From Halarcobacter sp. (GTDB lineage Bacteria > Campylobacterota > Campylobacteria > Campylobacterales > Arcobacteraceae), in assembly GCA_963676565.1 (NCBI GenBank), contig OY781089.1, positions 1,728,001 to 1,792,000 of the forward strand: a stretch of DNA of 64,000 nucleotides, given 5' to 3'. Positions 18,961 through 28,684 of the stretch are shown here, piece after piece. Below the pieces are notes generated by a model. It searched no databases. It had not been told where the DNA came from and saw only the letters and a list, made by a program, of their open reading frames with translations. The first letter of the stretch is position 1, and each line of letters begins with the position of its first letter. The position numbers were made by a program, and so were the translations under genes.

Positions 18961-20832
18961 TAAATAGTTTTCTTTTTTATCTGATGTATCTAATTCTTGA
19001 CCAATCTCTTGGTATCTTTTAAAATAATATTTAACAAATGATTTGATTTTTTCATTTGTTGGCATAAAATATTTATCTTTTTTTTCTGCAAAGTTATTTA
19101 AGAAGATTGTGGCATCTTTTTTATCTAAATAATGAATTGCTAAAGTAGTATAAGTATTTATATACCATTGTTTTAGTTTATCATACTTAGTTGAACTCAT
19201 ATCAATAATTAATTCTTCATCTTCAAAGTTTAGAATTTTAGTTTCAAAAAGAGCAGTTAGATGAATAAGTCCTTCACAATAATATGGTTGCACTTCATCA
19301 ACTTCCATCCATCCAATAAGACTAACGGCTCTTTTTATAGTATCCATTAAAACTTGTTTTTCTAAATCTTTTTCTTCATTACTTTCATCTAAAAAGAAAG
19401 AAACTAAACCACCAGTTGTTGCTTTAAACTCTTCAATATTTTTGAAGTTTCCAGTTTTATTCATAACTGTTTCAGTCTCTTCATCGCACCAAAGAATATG
19501 TCCGAACTCATGTCCAATTGTTGAGATGTCATAAACTTGATGCCAAGCTTCTGTTTCATTAAAAAGAAAAATTCTATCTTCACTTAAAAACTTTTGTCCA
19601 AAAATCTCTTGTGAAAGTTTTAAGAATGGTTTAGCTCGACTTGTTTGCAAAATCTCATCAGAAAATGCAAATATCTTTTTACCTTCTTCTTTTGAAACAA
19701 TTTCATCATTTGGTACAACTTGAGCAGAAAATAAACCATTGAATTCAGCTCCAAAGAATAGGGCAGGTCTTCCAACATACAGTTGAACTTTATCAAGTGA
19801 TTTTAGTGAGAAATCATATATCTTTTGATATTCACTTGTTTTTTCCGTTTTTTCATATATCTTTTTAAAAGCAGATTTAATTTTTTCTACTCTATTATCA
19901 TTTTGAGCAAATTGTGGATTTGTAAGTCGTATATCCCATTCTAAAGCAACGGATTTTCTGTAATGGTCTTCATAATACTCTAAAGGATGTCCAATTTGAA
20001 TTGGAGTTTTTATTTTCATCCAAGCTCTATCAACATCTGCCCATCTTTCAACTAAAAGGTGAGTTTTATTTTCAGCAAAGGCTTTAATTAATGATTGAAT
20101 ATAAAGGATGTAATCCCATTTTTGTTCATAAACTTCATCTTCTAACTCAATTAATACCTCTTCAAAGTCTTCTAATGCATCTATAACTTCAGTAGTTTGT
20201 TTCTTAAAGGCATCAATATATGCTTTTGAGTGGTATTGCTCTTTATCTTTTACAAGTGCAGAGTATGATCTATCAGCAAAGATATTATTATGTCCTAAAT
20301 CAAATAAATGATTTTTTTCTAAGTAGTCCATAACCTTTGCATCATCACCATCAAACATATTTGATAACTCTTTATTTATTCCATTTATTATATGTGCAGT
20401 CCAAGAACTTTGCCATGAAGACATTTTAAGTCCAACATTGTATACACCTTGGAAAATCTCTTGGTAAAATGGAGTTAAAAGATTATTGTGTTTAATATAT
20501 TCTATAAAATGTTTATGTTTTTCTTGCCAATAATCTCTTACAAAACAATATGCTTTTTCTTGTAATTCTATTATCTCTTCTTCATTTTTCTCAAGTTTTT
20601 TTAGAACTTGAACCAATGAATCATCTCTTAAATTAACTAATCTTGTTGTTAAGGCAACTCTTAAATTTTCGTTCATCTCTAAGTCTAAAAACTTTGCAAA
20701 CTCATCAATAAGTTCTAGTTTTTCAAACTCATTATTTTCTAAAAAAGATAAAAGCTTATTAGTTGAGCTTTTTTGAAAATCTAAGTATTCATAAATGTCA
20801 TTTAAATCTTCTATAAATTTTTCTTTAGTCAT
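18955..20832 (-). CDS. ciaB: Campylobacter invasion antigen B homologue
   Basis: QIGHPLEYYED..RKSVALEWD, GAEFNGLFSAQVVPNDE, TIGHEFGH and EEFKATTGGL motifs; 625 aa. Confidence 0.9.
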   Translation of the reverse strand: MTKEKFIEDLNDIYEYLDFQKSSTNKLLSFLENNEFEKLELIDEFAKFLDLEMNENLRVALTTRLVNLRDDSLVQVLKKLEKNEEEIIELQEKAYCFVRDYWQEKHKHFIEYIKHNNLLTPFYQEIFQGVYNVGLKMSSWQSSWTAHIINGINKELSNMFDGDDAKVMDYLEKNHLFDLGHNNIFADRSYSALVKDKEQYHSKAYIDAFKKQTTEVIDALEDFEEVLIELEDEVYEQKWDYILYIQSLIKAFAENKTHLLVERWADVDRAWMKIKTPIQIGHPLEYYEDHYRKSVALEWDIRLTNPQFAQNDNRVEKIKSAFKKIYEKTEKTSEYQKIYDFSLKSLDKVQLYVGRPALFFGAEFNGLFSAQVVPNDEIVSKEEGKKIFAFSDEILQTSRAKPFLKLSQEIFGQKFLSEDRIFLFNETEAWHQVYDISTIGHEFGHILWCDEETETVMNKTGNFKNIEEFKATTGGLVSFFLDESNEEKDLEKQVLMDTIKRAVSLIGWMEVDEVQPYYCEGLIHLTALFETKILNFEDEELIIDMSSTKYDKLKQWYINTYTTLAIHYLDKKDATIFLNNFAEKKDKYFMPTNEKIKSFVKYYFKRYQEIGQELDTSDKKENYLK

Positions 20833-20873
20833 GTTAGTCCTTTGTCTGATAATTTTACAATTTTTTGCTTAAA

Positions 20874-20900
20874 TTAGCACTTAAAACTAAAAAGTGCTAA
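20874..20900. promoter_or_regulatory. CIRCE (HrcA operator)
   Basis: TTAGCACTT-N9-AAGTGCTAA, a perfect dyad differing by one base per arm from TTAGCACTC-N9-GAGTGCTAA; upstream of htpG. Confidence 0.85.
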
Positions 20901-20982
20901 AAAATGCTAAAACTTTAGCTTCCTTTTATAAAGTTGTGTTAAAATTTCATTACAAAAATAAAAAATTATAGGAGAAATTAGA

Positions 20983-22896
20983 ATGGCAAAACATCAATTT
21001 CAAACAGAAGTAGGACAATTATTACATTTAATGACACACTCTTTATACTCAAATAAAGAGATTTTTATTAGAGAACTTGTATCAAATGCAAGTGATGCAA
21101 TTGATAAATTAAATTATTTAAAATTAACTGATGACAAAATTAAAGCTGCACTTCCAGAAGATTGGGCAGGACAAATTACAGTTAAAATTGATGAAGAAGA
21201 TAAATCAATTACAATTGTAGATAATGGTATTGGTATGAATGAAGAGGATTTAATCGCTTCAATTGGTACTATTGCTAAATCTGGAACTAAATCATTTGTT
21301 GAAAACTTAACAGGAGATGCAAAAAAAGATTCAAACCTAATTGGACAATTTGGTGTTGGTTTTTATTCAGTATTTATGGTTGCTGATAAAGTTGATGTAA
21401 TCTCTAAAAAAGCTGGTGAAGAGCAAGCTTATAAATGGTCATCAACAGGAACAGGTGAGTTTGATTTAAGTCCTTGTACAAAAGATTCTTCAGGTACTGT
21501 AATCTATATTAAACTTAAAGATGAAGAAGTTGAAGATTATACTTCAAAATATAGAGTTGAAACTGTAATTAAAAAATACTCTAATCACATAGCATATCCA
21601 ATTAACTTAGCATACACAGAAGAAGTAACTGAGCAGTTAAGTGAAGAGGATAAAAAAGCTGGAAAAGAAGCTAAAAAAACAAAAGAAAATAGAAATGAAA
21701 AAATTAATGAAGCAACTGCTTTATGGATGCAACCAAAATCAAAAATAAAACAAGAAGAGTATAACGATTTTTATAAATCTATTTCACATGATTCACAAGA
21801 TCCAATGCTTACAATTCATACAAAAGCAGAGGGTGTAAATGAGTATACTACACTATTTTATATCCCATCAATAGCTCCTATGGATATGTATAGAGCTGAC
21901 TACCAACCTGGTGTTAAACTTTATGTAAAAAGAGTATTTATTACTGATGATGAAAAAGAGTTATTACCAACATACTTAAGATTTGTTAGAGGTATTATTG
22001 ATTCTGAAGATTTACCATTAAATGTTTCAAGGGAAATTTTACAAGAAAACAGAGTAATGGCAAATATCAAACAAAGTTCTGTTAAAAAGATTCTTGGTGA
22101 AATCAAAAAACTTTCAAAAGATGAAGAGAAATATGCACCATTTATTGAACAATATAACAGACCATTAAAAGAGGGTGCTTACCAAGACTTTACAAACAAA
22201 GAAGCACTTTTAGAATTATTAAGATTTAAATCAACAAAAACAGAAAATGCTAAAATGACTTCATTATCAGCATATAAAGAAGCAGCTGATTCTGAACAAA
22301 AAGCTATTTATTATATTGTTGGTGAAAATGAAAAAGTATTAAGAAACTCTCCATTATTAGAAAGTTATAAGAAAAATGATATTGAAGTATTAATTTTAGA
22401 TGATAAAGAAATCGATGAAATTGTAACTCCAATGTATGGTGCTTATAAAGAGTGGGAATTTAAAGATATTACTTCTTGTGAAGCTCCAAAAGTTGAGCAA
22501 AGTGAAGAAGAGAAAAAAGAAGTTGAAGAAAAATATAAAGATATAACTGAAAAAATTAAAGAGGTTTTAGGGGAAGCAGTAAAAGAAGTTAGAGTAACTA
22601 ATAGACTATCTGAATCGCCATCTTGTGTTGTTAAAGATGCAGAGGATGCACAAATGGCTCAAATGATGCAAATGATGAGAGCAATGGGACAAGAGATGCC
22701 AGCATCTGCTCCTGTTCTTGAAATCAACCCTGACCATGAGATTGTTTCAAAATTAAAAGATCTAAAGGATGATGGTTTAGTAGCTGATGTATCATGGGTA
22801 CTTCTAGACCAAGCTAAGTTAAGTGAGGGAATGGAAATTACTGATACAGTGGCATTTGCACAAAGACTATCAAGAATCACAGCAAAAGCTCTTTAA
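20983..22896 (+). CDS. htpG: Hsp90 chaperone HtpG
   Basis: YSNKEIFIRELVSNASDA, IGQFGVGFYS and DLPLNVSREILQ motifs. Confidence 0.98.
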   Translation: MAKHQFQTEVGQLLHLMTHSLYSNKEIFIRELVSNASDAIDKLNYLKLTDDKIKAALPEDWAGQITVKIDEEDKSITIVDNGIGMNEEDLIASIGTIAKSGTKSFVENLTGDAKKDSNLIGQFGVGFYSVFMVADKVDVISKKAGEEQAYKWSSTGTGEFDLSPCTKDSSGTVIYIKLKDEEVEDYTSKYRVETVIKKYSNHIAYPINLAYTEEVTEQLSEEDKKAGKEAKKTKENRNEKINEATALWMQPKSKIKQEEYNDFYKSISHDSQDPMLTIHTKAEGVNEYTTLFYIPSIAPMDMYRADYQPGVKLYVKRVFITDDEKELLPTYLRFVRGIIDSEDLPLNVSREILQENRVMANIKQSSVKKILGEIKKLSKDEEKYAPFIEQYNRPLKEGAYQDFTNKEALLELLRFKSTKTENAKMTSLSAYKEAADSEQKAIYYIVGENEKVLRNSPLLESYKKNDIEVLILDDKEIDEIVTPMYGAYKEWEFKDITSCEAPKVEQSEEEKKEVEEKYKDITEKIKEVLGEAVKEVRVTNRLSESPSCVVKDAEDAQMAQMMQMMRAMGQEMPASAPVLEINPDHEIVSKLKDLKDDGLVADVSWVLLDQAKLSEGMEITDTVAFAQRLSRITAKAL

Positions 22897-23020
22897 AAGA
22901 GCTATTTGCATAAATCTTCTGCGTTGAAGTAGATTTTTGGCTCAATCACATACTTTAGTATGCTCAATCGCCAAAAATTCACTTCGTCTTGAATCTTCAT
23001 ACAACTAGCTCTTTTAAAGA
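22890..23020. repeat. 131-bp ERIC-like palindromic element (possible MITE)
   Basis: Perfect 15-bp terminal inverted repeat TCTTTAAAAGAGCTA/TAGCTCTTTTAAAGA; internal arms TTTTTGGC/GCCAAAAA and CATACT/AGTATG. Confidence 0.7.
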
Positions 23021-23110
23021 TAAAATCTAGTTTATTAAAAAATAATTTTATCTAACCAAACATATATCCTTTTTATAATAAAATAGAATACTTTAATTTT
23101 AGGGATATTT

Positions 23111-24448
23111 ATGAAAAACATCTTCAATTCTATTTTAATAACAATTTTTTTATCAACTTTACTATCAGCAAAAAATGATGAGACTATTCAGTCAGAATTA
23201 ATTCAATTAAAAACATCACAAGAATATGCAGAAAAATTAACAAATGAAAAAATCACTCTTATTATGGGTCAAATTATTCAAAAAGAAGATGAACTTAAAG
23301 AATTACGAAATAAGTTAGAAGAATCCAAGTTGGAAAAAGAGAAGATTAAAAAAGATTTTGAAAATTATAATGAAAAAATTGAATGGCAGAATAAAAGAAT
23401 TGAGGATTTAAATCTTTATTTAACATTATATGGTTTCTTAATTACTGCATTACTTTTTATTGCTTCATATCTTTCTTATAGATTCACTTCAAGTAATGCG
23501 AATAAAATTGTAAATAACTGGATTAAAGAAAATAAAGAACAGATACTTGCACCAATAAAAGAAGAGGCAAAAGAATTCCAACAAAATATTGAAAATGAAG
23601 CATTAAAGTTTTATCAGGAACAATTAAAAGAATTTAAAATTGATGACAAATTAGATACAAGTCTGCAATTAAGTCAAAGAGAAATTCTTCAAAAGGTAAA
23701 TGATATTTTAGATAAAAGGGAAAAAGAAGAATATACTTTTGATGACTGGTTTTCTAAATATCTAACATTTAGATTTAAAGATAATAAAAAAGCATTGATT
23801 TTTATAAATAAAGCAATTAAACATTCAACATCAGATAAAGAAAGAATTTCTGCAATGTTTTCTAAAGCAAAATTTTTAACAGACATAGATGATAAGAGTA
23901 AAATTCTTGAAGGAATAAAAGTTTATGATGAAATTTCTAAAAAATTTAAAAATAGTAATGATGATGGAATTGAGAATGACAGATTAATCTCAATGTATAA
24001 TAGAGGAATTGCATATTTAAAATTAGAGGATAGAGAAAAAGAAATTGAATCTTATGATAGTTTTTTAAATGATTGTGATGATTATGCTGGGAAAAATAAT
24101 CTAGCTAGTACGATACTTAATGCTTTGTTGAATAAAATTGAATCTAAAATAATTGTAGGGAAAGATATTCAGAATGATTTGTATTTAGTAAAAAAGTTTG
24201 ACTTAAATAATGAATCAAATCTAATTATAACAATACTTGAGTTAATAGAAAAGGCTAAAAATGAGTCTCAAGATACAGAAATAGAAAAAGTTCAATTAGA
24301 GTATAAAAATGTAAAAATTAGAAAAAATTGGTCTTTTAATGAATTAAAAACTTGGGCAAATAGTTTTGAAGATGAAAAAGTAAAAGAAAGACTTTTAAAA
24401 TATCTTAATATATTTGAAAACCACAATAAAAATATAAAAGAGGATTAA
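23111..24448 (+). CDS. Hypothetical protein: signal peptide, coiled coil, TM helix, TPR-like C-terminus
   Basis: Hydrophobic N-terminus, E/K-rich heptads, TM LYLTLYGFLITALLFIASYL, repeats such as YNRGIAYLKL. Confidence 0.75.
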   Translation: MKNIFNSILITIFLSTLLSAKNDETIQSELIQLKTSQEYAEKLTNEKITLIMGQIIQKEDELKELRNKLEESKLEKEKIKKDFENYNEKIEWQNKRIEDLNLYLTLYGFLITALLFIASYLSYRFTSSNANKIVNNWIKENKEQILAPIKEEAKEFQQNIENEALKFYQEQLKEFKIDDKLDTSLQLSQREILQKVNDILDKREKEEYTFDDWFSKYLTFRFKDNKKALIFINKAIKHSTSDKERISAMFSKAKFLTDIDDKSKILEGIKVYDEISKKFKNSNDDGIENDRLISMYNRGIAYLKLEDREKEIESYDSFLNDCDDYAGKNNLASTILNALLNKIESKIIVGKDIQNDLYLVKKFDLNNESNLIITILELIEKAKNESQDTEIEKVQLEYKNVKIRKNWSFNELKTWANSFEDEKVKERLLKYLNIFENHNKNIKED

Positions 24449-24789
24449 TCCACTTTTATATCATCTTCTGACAATTCAGAAATATTTTCCATATCCTCAA
24501 TATCAAGTTTTTTTGTTCTCTGTTCTGCTCTTGTTTCTATTTCTAGGTAAAATGTTTTACTGTTGGCTTCAACTGCTTCATTTACAAATCTTATAATATC
24601 CGAAAATGGTATCTCTTCTGGTGTTTCTTCATCTTTAGCAAATTTACAATCAAAAAACCAAAAGTCCTTACCTTCAGGAAGCGCTTTTCTTTGTTCTCTT
24701 TTTATATATTTTCTAATCTCATTTTTAATTGATTCTACAACTCTGTCTTGGTTTTTATTTTCTGCTTGAAGTTTAAAACTTTTTTTCAA
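24445..24789 (-). CDS. DUF6172-like protein
   Basis: IKNEIRKYIKREQRKALPEGKDFWFFDCKF motif; likely TTG start at 24789 after AAAGGA. Confidence 0.8.
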   Translation of the reverse strand: MKKSFKLQAENKNQDRVVESIKNEIRKYIKREQRKALPEGKDFWFFDCKFAKDEETPEEIPFSDIIRFVNEAVEANSKTFYLEIETRAEQRTKKLDIEDMENISELSEDDIKVD

Positions 24790-24944
24790 AAATTTCCTTT
24801 TTTGCAATTGTACCCAAGTCTTTACATTTTTGTTGTAGATTTAATGAAAAATCAAAATTTCTTTTTAGATTTGTAAAGAGATATTAATTGATAGTTAATT
24901 TTTCTTTGATATATTTCTAGAAATTAAATTTTATAGGATTTAAA

Positions 24945-25424
24945 ATGTCAATAACAATTAGAGATGCTGTTGCATCAGATGCTCAAACAATTTATAATTT
25001 TATTATGGAATTAGCAATTTATGAAAAAGAACCAGATGCAGTTGTTACAACAGTAGAAGAAACAAAAGAAAGAATTTTTAATGAAAACTCAAGTGTAAAA
25101 GCTCTGATTTGTGAAGAGAATGGCAAAGCAATAGGTCTTGCTGTATATTTTTACAACTATTCAACATGGCTTGGTAAATATGGTATTTATTTAGAAGATT
25201 TATATGTGACTCAATCAAAAAGAGGTTTAGGTGCGGGAAAACTTATGCTTAAACATTTAGCAAAGAAAGCTTTAGAAGAAGATTGTGGAAGATTTGAATG
25301 GTCTTGTTTAGATTGGAATAAACCTTCAAGGGATTTTTATGAATCAATTGGTGCCAAATCTCAAGAGGAATGGATAGGGTATAGATTAGAAGGAGAGTCT
25401 TTAACTAATTTTGCCAATAGTTAA
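24945..25424 (+). CDS. GNAT N-acetyltransferase (diamine acetyltransferase-like)
   Basis: ELAIYEK, YSTWLG..GIYLEDLYV, RGLGAG and LDWN motifs. Confidence 0.93.
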   Translation: MSITIRDAVASDAQTIYNFIMELAIYEKEPDAVVTTVEETKERIFNENSSVKALICEENGKAIGLAVYFYNYSTWLGKYGIYLEDLYVTQSKRGLGAGKLMLKHLAKKALEEDCGRFEWSCLDWNKPSRDFYESIGAKSQEEWIGYRLEGESLTNFANS

Positions 25425-25516
25425 TTTTCATTTATTTTAATATTAGTTCTGATATAATCTTTAGTAATGCCTTTTGGTATTACTAATAATTATATGTGAT
25501 ATTAAAGGTTTTAATA

Positions 25517-26260
25517 ATGGAAATGAATTTTATTCTACTTCTTGCCATAATTGTATTATGGGCTTCTGTTGTACATGGTGCAATAGGTTTTGGTTTTGGT
25601 ATGATATCAACACCGCTAGTTGCATTAATGGCAGATATACAAACAACAATCATATTTATGCTTTTACCAACAATGGCTGTAAATATTTTAAGTATAGTTA
25701 GTGAAGGTAATTTTTTTGAAGCCTTAAAAAAGTTTTGGTTTATAATCTTACTTATGGTTTTAGGTAGTGCCTTAGGTACAGTACTTCTTGTTTACTCTAA
25801 TTCAGAGTTTTTTAAACTCTTACTTGCTGGAATTATATTTTTATATCTATTACAAGGACTTGTAAAAATAGAGGCAACATTTGTTTCTAAATATCCTAAG
25901 TCTTCAACTTATGGATTAGGTTTATTTGGTGGGCTTATCTCTGGTCTTACGAATGTAGTTGCTCCACTTATGATAATGTATACCTTAGAGATGAAATACT
26001 CTAGAAAGGATACAATTCAATTATCAAATTTATGTTTTTTATTTACAAAAATAGGGCAGATTGCAGTATTTATTTTTTATGGGACCTTTACCTTTGAAAC
26101 TTTAGGTATTTCAATTTTTACAGTATTAGTAGTTTGTATTGGTATGTTTTTTGGAATAAAAATTAAAAAAAGAATTGATGTAAAATACTATACAAAGATA
26201 TTAAAAGGCTTATTGTTTGTAATAGCTTTATTCTTAGTAATCAATACAATATTTAATTAA
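25517..26260 (+). CDS. TauE/SafE-family membrane exporter
   Basis: GAIGFGFG motif and about 8 TM segments; start probably MEMNF at 25517. Confidence 0.88.
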   Translation: MEMNFILLLAIIVLWASVVHGAIGFGFGMISTPLVALMADIQTTIIFMLLPTMAVNILSIVSEGNFFEALKKFWFIILLMVLGSALGTVLLVYSNSEFFKLLLAGIIFLYLLQGLVKIEATFVSKYPKSSTYGLGLFGGLISGLTNVVAPLMIMYTLEMKYSRKDTIQLSNLCFLFTKIGQIAVFIFYGTFTFETLGISIFTVLVVCIGMFFGIKIKKRIDVKYYTKILKGLLFVIALFLVINTIFN

Positions 26261-26270
26261 AGAGTAGTAT

Positions 26271-27089
26271 ATGGATTCAAATTTATTAAAAGTATTTATT
26301 AGTGTATCAAATACAAAAAGTATTTCAAAGGCTGCTAAGGATTTAGGTTTTACCCAATCAAATGTAACCCTTAGGATAAAGCAGCTTGAAAAAACTATTG
26401 GATGTGAACTTTTTCATAGAACAAATAGAGGTGTTGTTTTAACAAATGAAGGGGAAAGTTTTTTACCCTTTGCTGTTGAAATAGTCAAAAAAGTTGAAGA
26501 ATCATATTTGAAAATGAGAAATATAAATCATCAAGAGTTACTTAAAATTGGCTCAACTCAAACAAATGCAACAATAAGATTAATTCCTATACTTGAGATG
26601 TTAAATAAAGATTTTAAAGATATGAAAATAGAGTTTACAATTGATAGTAGTAAAACTTTAGTTGATATGATACTTAACTATGAAGTGGATATAGCTTTTA
26701 TAAATGGTGACCCAAACAATAAAGATATAGAAGTTTTAAACACCTTTGAAGATGAAGTTTTTTTTATAGAACCCAAAGACAAAGTAGCACAAAACTGTGC
26801 CTTATCTTTTAAAGAAAATTGTGCTTATTGTTTATTTTTAGAAGAGTATGTTAAAAAAACAAAAAAAGAAAAATACAAAACGATAGCATTAAAAAATTAT
26901 GAATTGATATTAGGATGTGTAAAAGCTGGTTTAGGGGTATCTTTACTTTCAAAACAGATTATAGAAAAGTTTGGATATGGAAAAAGTTTAAAGTTAACTC
27001 CCGTTGATTCCAATCTAAATTCCCATCTTATTTGCAGAAAAGATTATCTTCCTATGATTGAAAAATATTTAAGGGATATAAAAATTTAA
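26271..27089 (+). CDS. LysR-family transcriptional regulator
   Basis: HTH SISKAAKDLGFTQSNVTLRIKQLE; paralogue of 139-966. Confidence 0.95.
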   Translation: MDSNLLKVFISVSNTKSISKAAKDLGFTQSNVTLRIKQLEKTIGCELFHRTNRGVVLTNEGESFLPFAVEIVKKVEESYLKMRNINHQELLKIGSTQTNATIRLIPILEMLNKDFKDMKIEFTIDSSKTLVDMILNYEVDIAFINGDPNNKDIEVLNTFEDEVFFIEPKDKVAQNCALSFKENCAYCLFLEEYVKKTKKEKYKTIALKNYELILGCVKAGLGVSLLSKQIIEKFGYGKSLKLTPVDSNLNSHLICRKDYLPMIEKYLRDIKI

Positions 27090-27173
27090 TATTTTTCATT
27101 AAATTACTCTTTAAAGTGCCTCATAGTAATAAAATATTACAATTCCATAAATAAGACATAAAGAAGGTGCATT

Positions 27174-28115
27174 TTGAATTTTGAGTTACTTTATGATGAA
27201 TTTAATGAAAAAATCGCAAAAAAAGAATTCGAGGACTCATTAAATTTAATTCCAAAACTTATTGAGTCTGCAACTAATGATTTAGATGTATTTTATGCTT
27301 TAATGGGGAAAGCTAGTGTACTTACAAATCTTAATGAAACAGATGAAGTTATTGAAACCTATGATGAAATAATTGATAAGTTTGAAGATTCTAAAGATTC
27401 AATTATCTTAAAATATTTAGCTTATGCTTATTATAACAAGGCATTGGTTTTTGCAAAGCTTAATAAGTATGAAGAGGAATTAAAAGTTTATAGTATTCTT
27501 TTAGAAAAGTTTATTGAAGATACATCTGAAGACTTGGAAATAGTATTAGCAAAAGCATACGTAAACAAAGCTATTTGTTTAGGTGAATTAAATAAATTAG
27601 AAGATTCTATCAAAGTTTATAAAGAGTTGATTTTAAACTTTAAAAATACAACTGACGCAACAGTTCTTAATACTTTAGTTAGCTCTTACTACAATATTGC
27701 ATTAACTTTTGCGAAATTAGATGATAGTGAAAAAGCAATTCAAACTTATGATGAATTAATTGAAAAATTCTCTAATTCTACAAATGAAAATATCTTAGAG
27801 TATGTAGCAAAATCTTTAGTAAATAAAGCTAGTAGACTAAAAGAGTTAAATAAAAATCTAAAAGCAATAGAAACCTATGATGAAGTTATAAAAAGATTTG
27901 ATTCTTATGATGGAAAAATTATCTCTCAAGTGGCAATTGCCTTACATAATAAAACAGTAATTCTTGGGGAACTTCAAAAAGAAGATGAACTTTTAAACAC
28001 TTGTGATTATATTATTGAAAAATTTTCAAATGTAAACAATGAATTGATTATGAATATTGTCTCAACTGCACAAGTGATAAAAGATAAAGATAGATTTAAT
28101 AACAATACTTACTAA
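27174..28115 (+). CDS. TPR-like repeat protein (about 43-aa repeats)
   Basis: Recurring YD(E)xIxKF....A.A..NKA units. Confidence 0.85.
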   Translation: MNFELLYDEFNEKIAKKEFEDSLNLIPKLIESATNDLDVFYALMGKASVLTNLNETDEVIETYDEIIDKFEDSKDSIILKYLAYAYYNKALVFAKLNKYEEELKVYSILLEKFIEDTSEDLEIVLAKAYVNKAICLGELNKLEDSIKVYKELILNFKNTTDATVLNTLVSSYYNIALTFAKLDDSEKAIQTYDELIEKFSNSTNENILEYVAKSLVNKASRLKELNKNLKAIETYDEVIKRFDSYDGKIISQVAIALHNKTVILGELQKEDELLNTCDYIIEKFSNVNNELIMNIVSTAQVIKDKDRFNNNTY

Positions 28116-28143
28116 TAAGTATTATTACTTTAAGGATTATCTT

Positions 28144-28536
28144 CTAAGCAAACTTAGAAGATAACTCTTTTAATATATTTTTAGTTTCAAATGAATCACC
28201 ATTATATTTAACTAATTTAATCCCTTGTGAAGTGAAAGATTTAGCTGTATTTTTACAAGCTTTTTTTACAACGACAAAATCACAATCTGTTAACACTCTA
28301 CCCATCTTATTGTGTTGTTCAATGTGTTCTGCATCATCATGGTCATGATGACACTCATGCTCCTCTTCAGGCTCATCATGGTCAATATCTGTTCTTGGAT
28401 TATTTTTAATTTCATTTAACTCAAATGATCTAAACATACCTGTACCATTCATAGTAAACACTGCAAACTTAGGAGTGTGTCCTGCATTTGGAAAAAACAT
28501 TAGATTTTCATCTTTAACTGGCACTGCAATTTTCAT
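28144..28536 (-). CDS. NifB/NifX-family (FeMo-co binding fold) protein with a His/acidic insert
   Basis: MKIAVP..GHTPKF N-terminus and L.DCD.V motif; insert HDEPEEEHECHHDHDDAEH. Confidence 0.8.
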   Translation of the reverse strand: MKIAVPVKDENLMFFPNAGHTPKFAVFTMNGTGMFRSFELNEIKNNPRTDIDHDEPEEEHECHHDHDDAEHIEQHNKMGRVLTDCDFVVVKKACKNTAKSFTSQGIKLVKYNGDSFETKNILKELSSKFA

Positions 28537-28684
28537 AATATATCCTTCAAATTTTTTTTTATATTACATCTTAATTATTAAACTATGCAATAACTAATCC
28601 ATAAATAAAATTTTTTAAGTAAATTGTAAAATTAGCTTTTAATAAAAACTTTTATGATAGAGTATCTAAAAATAGGAAAATAAT

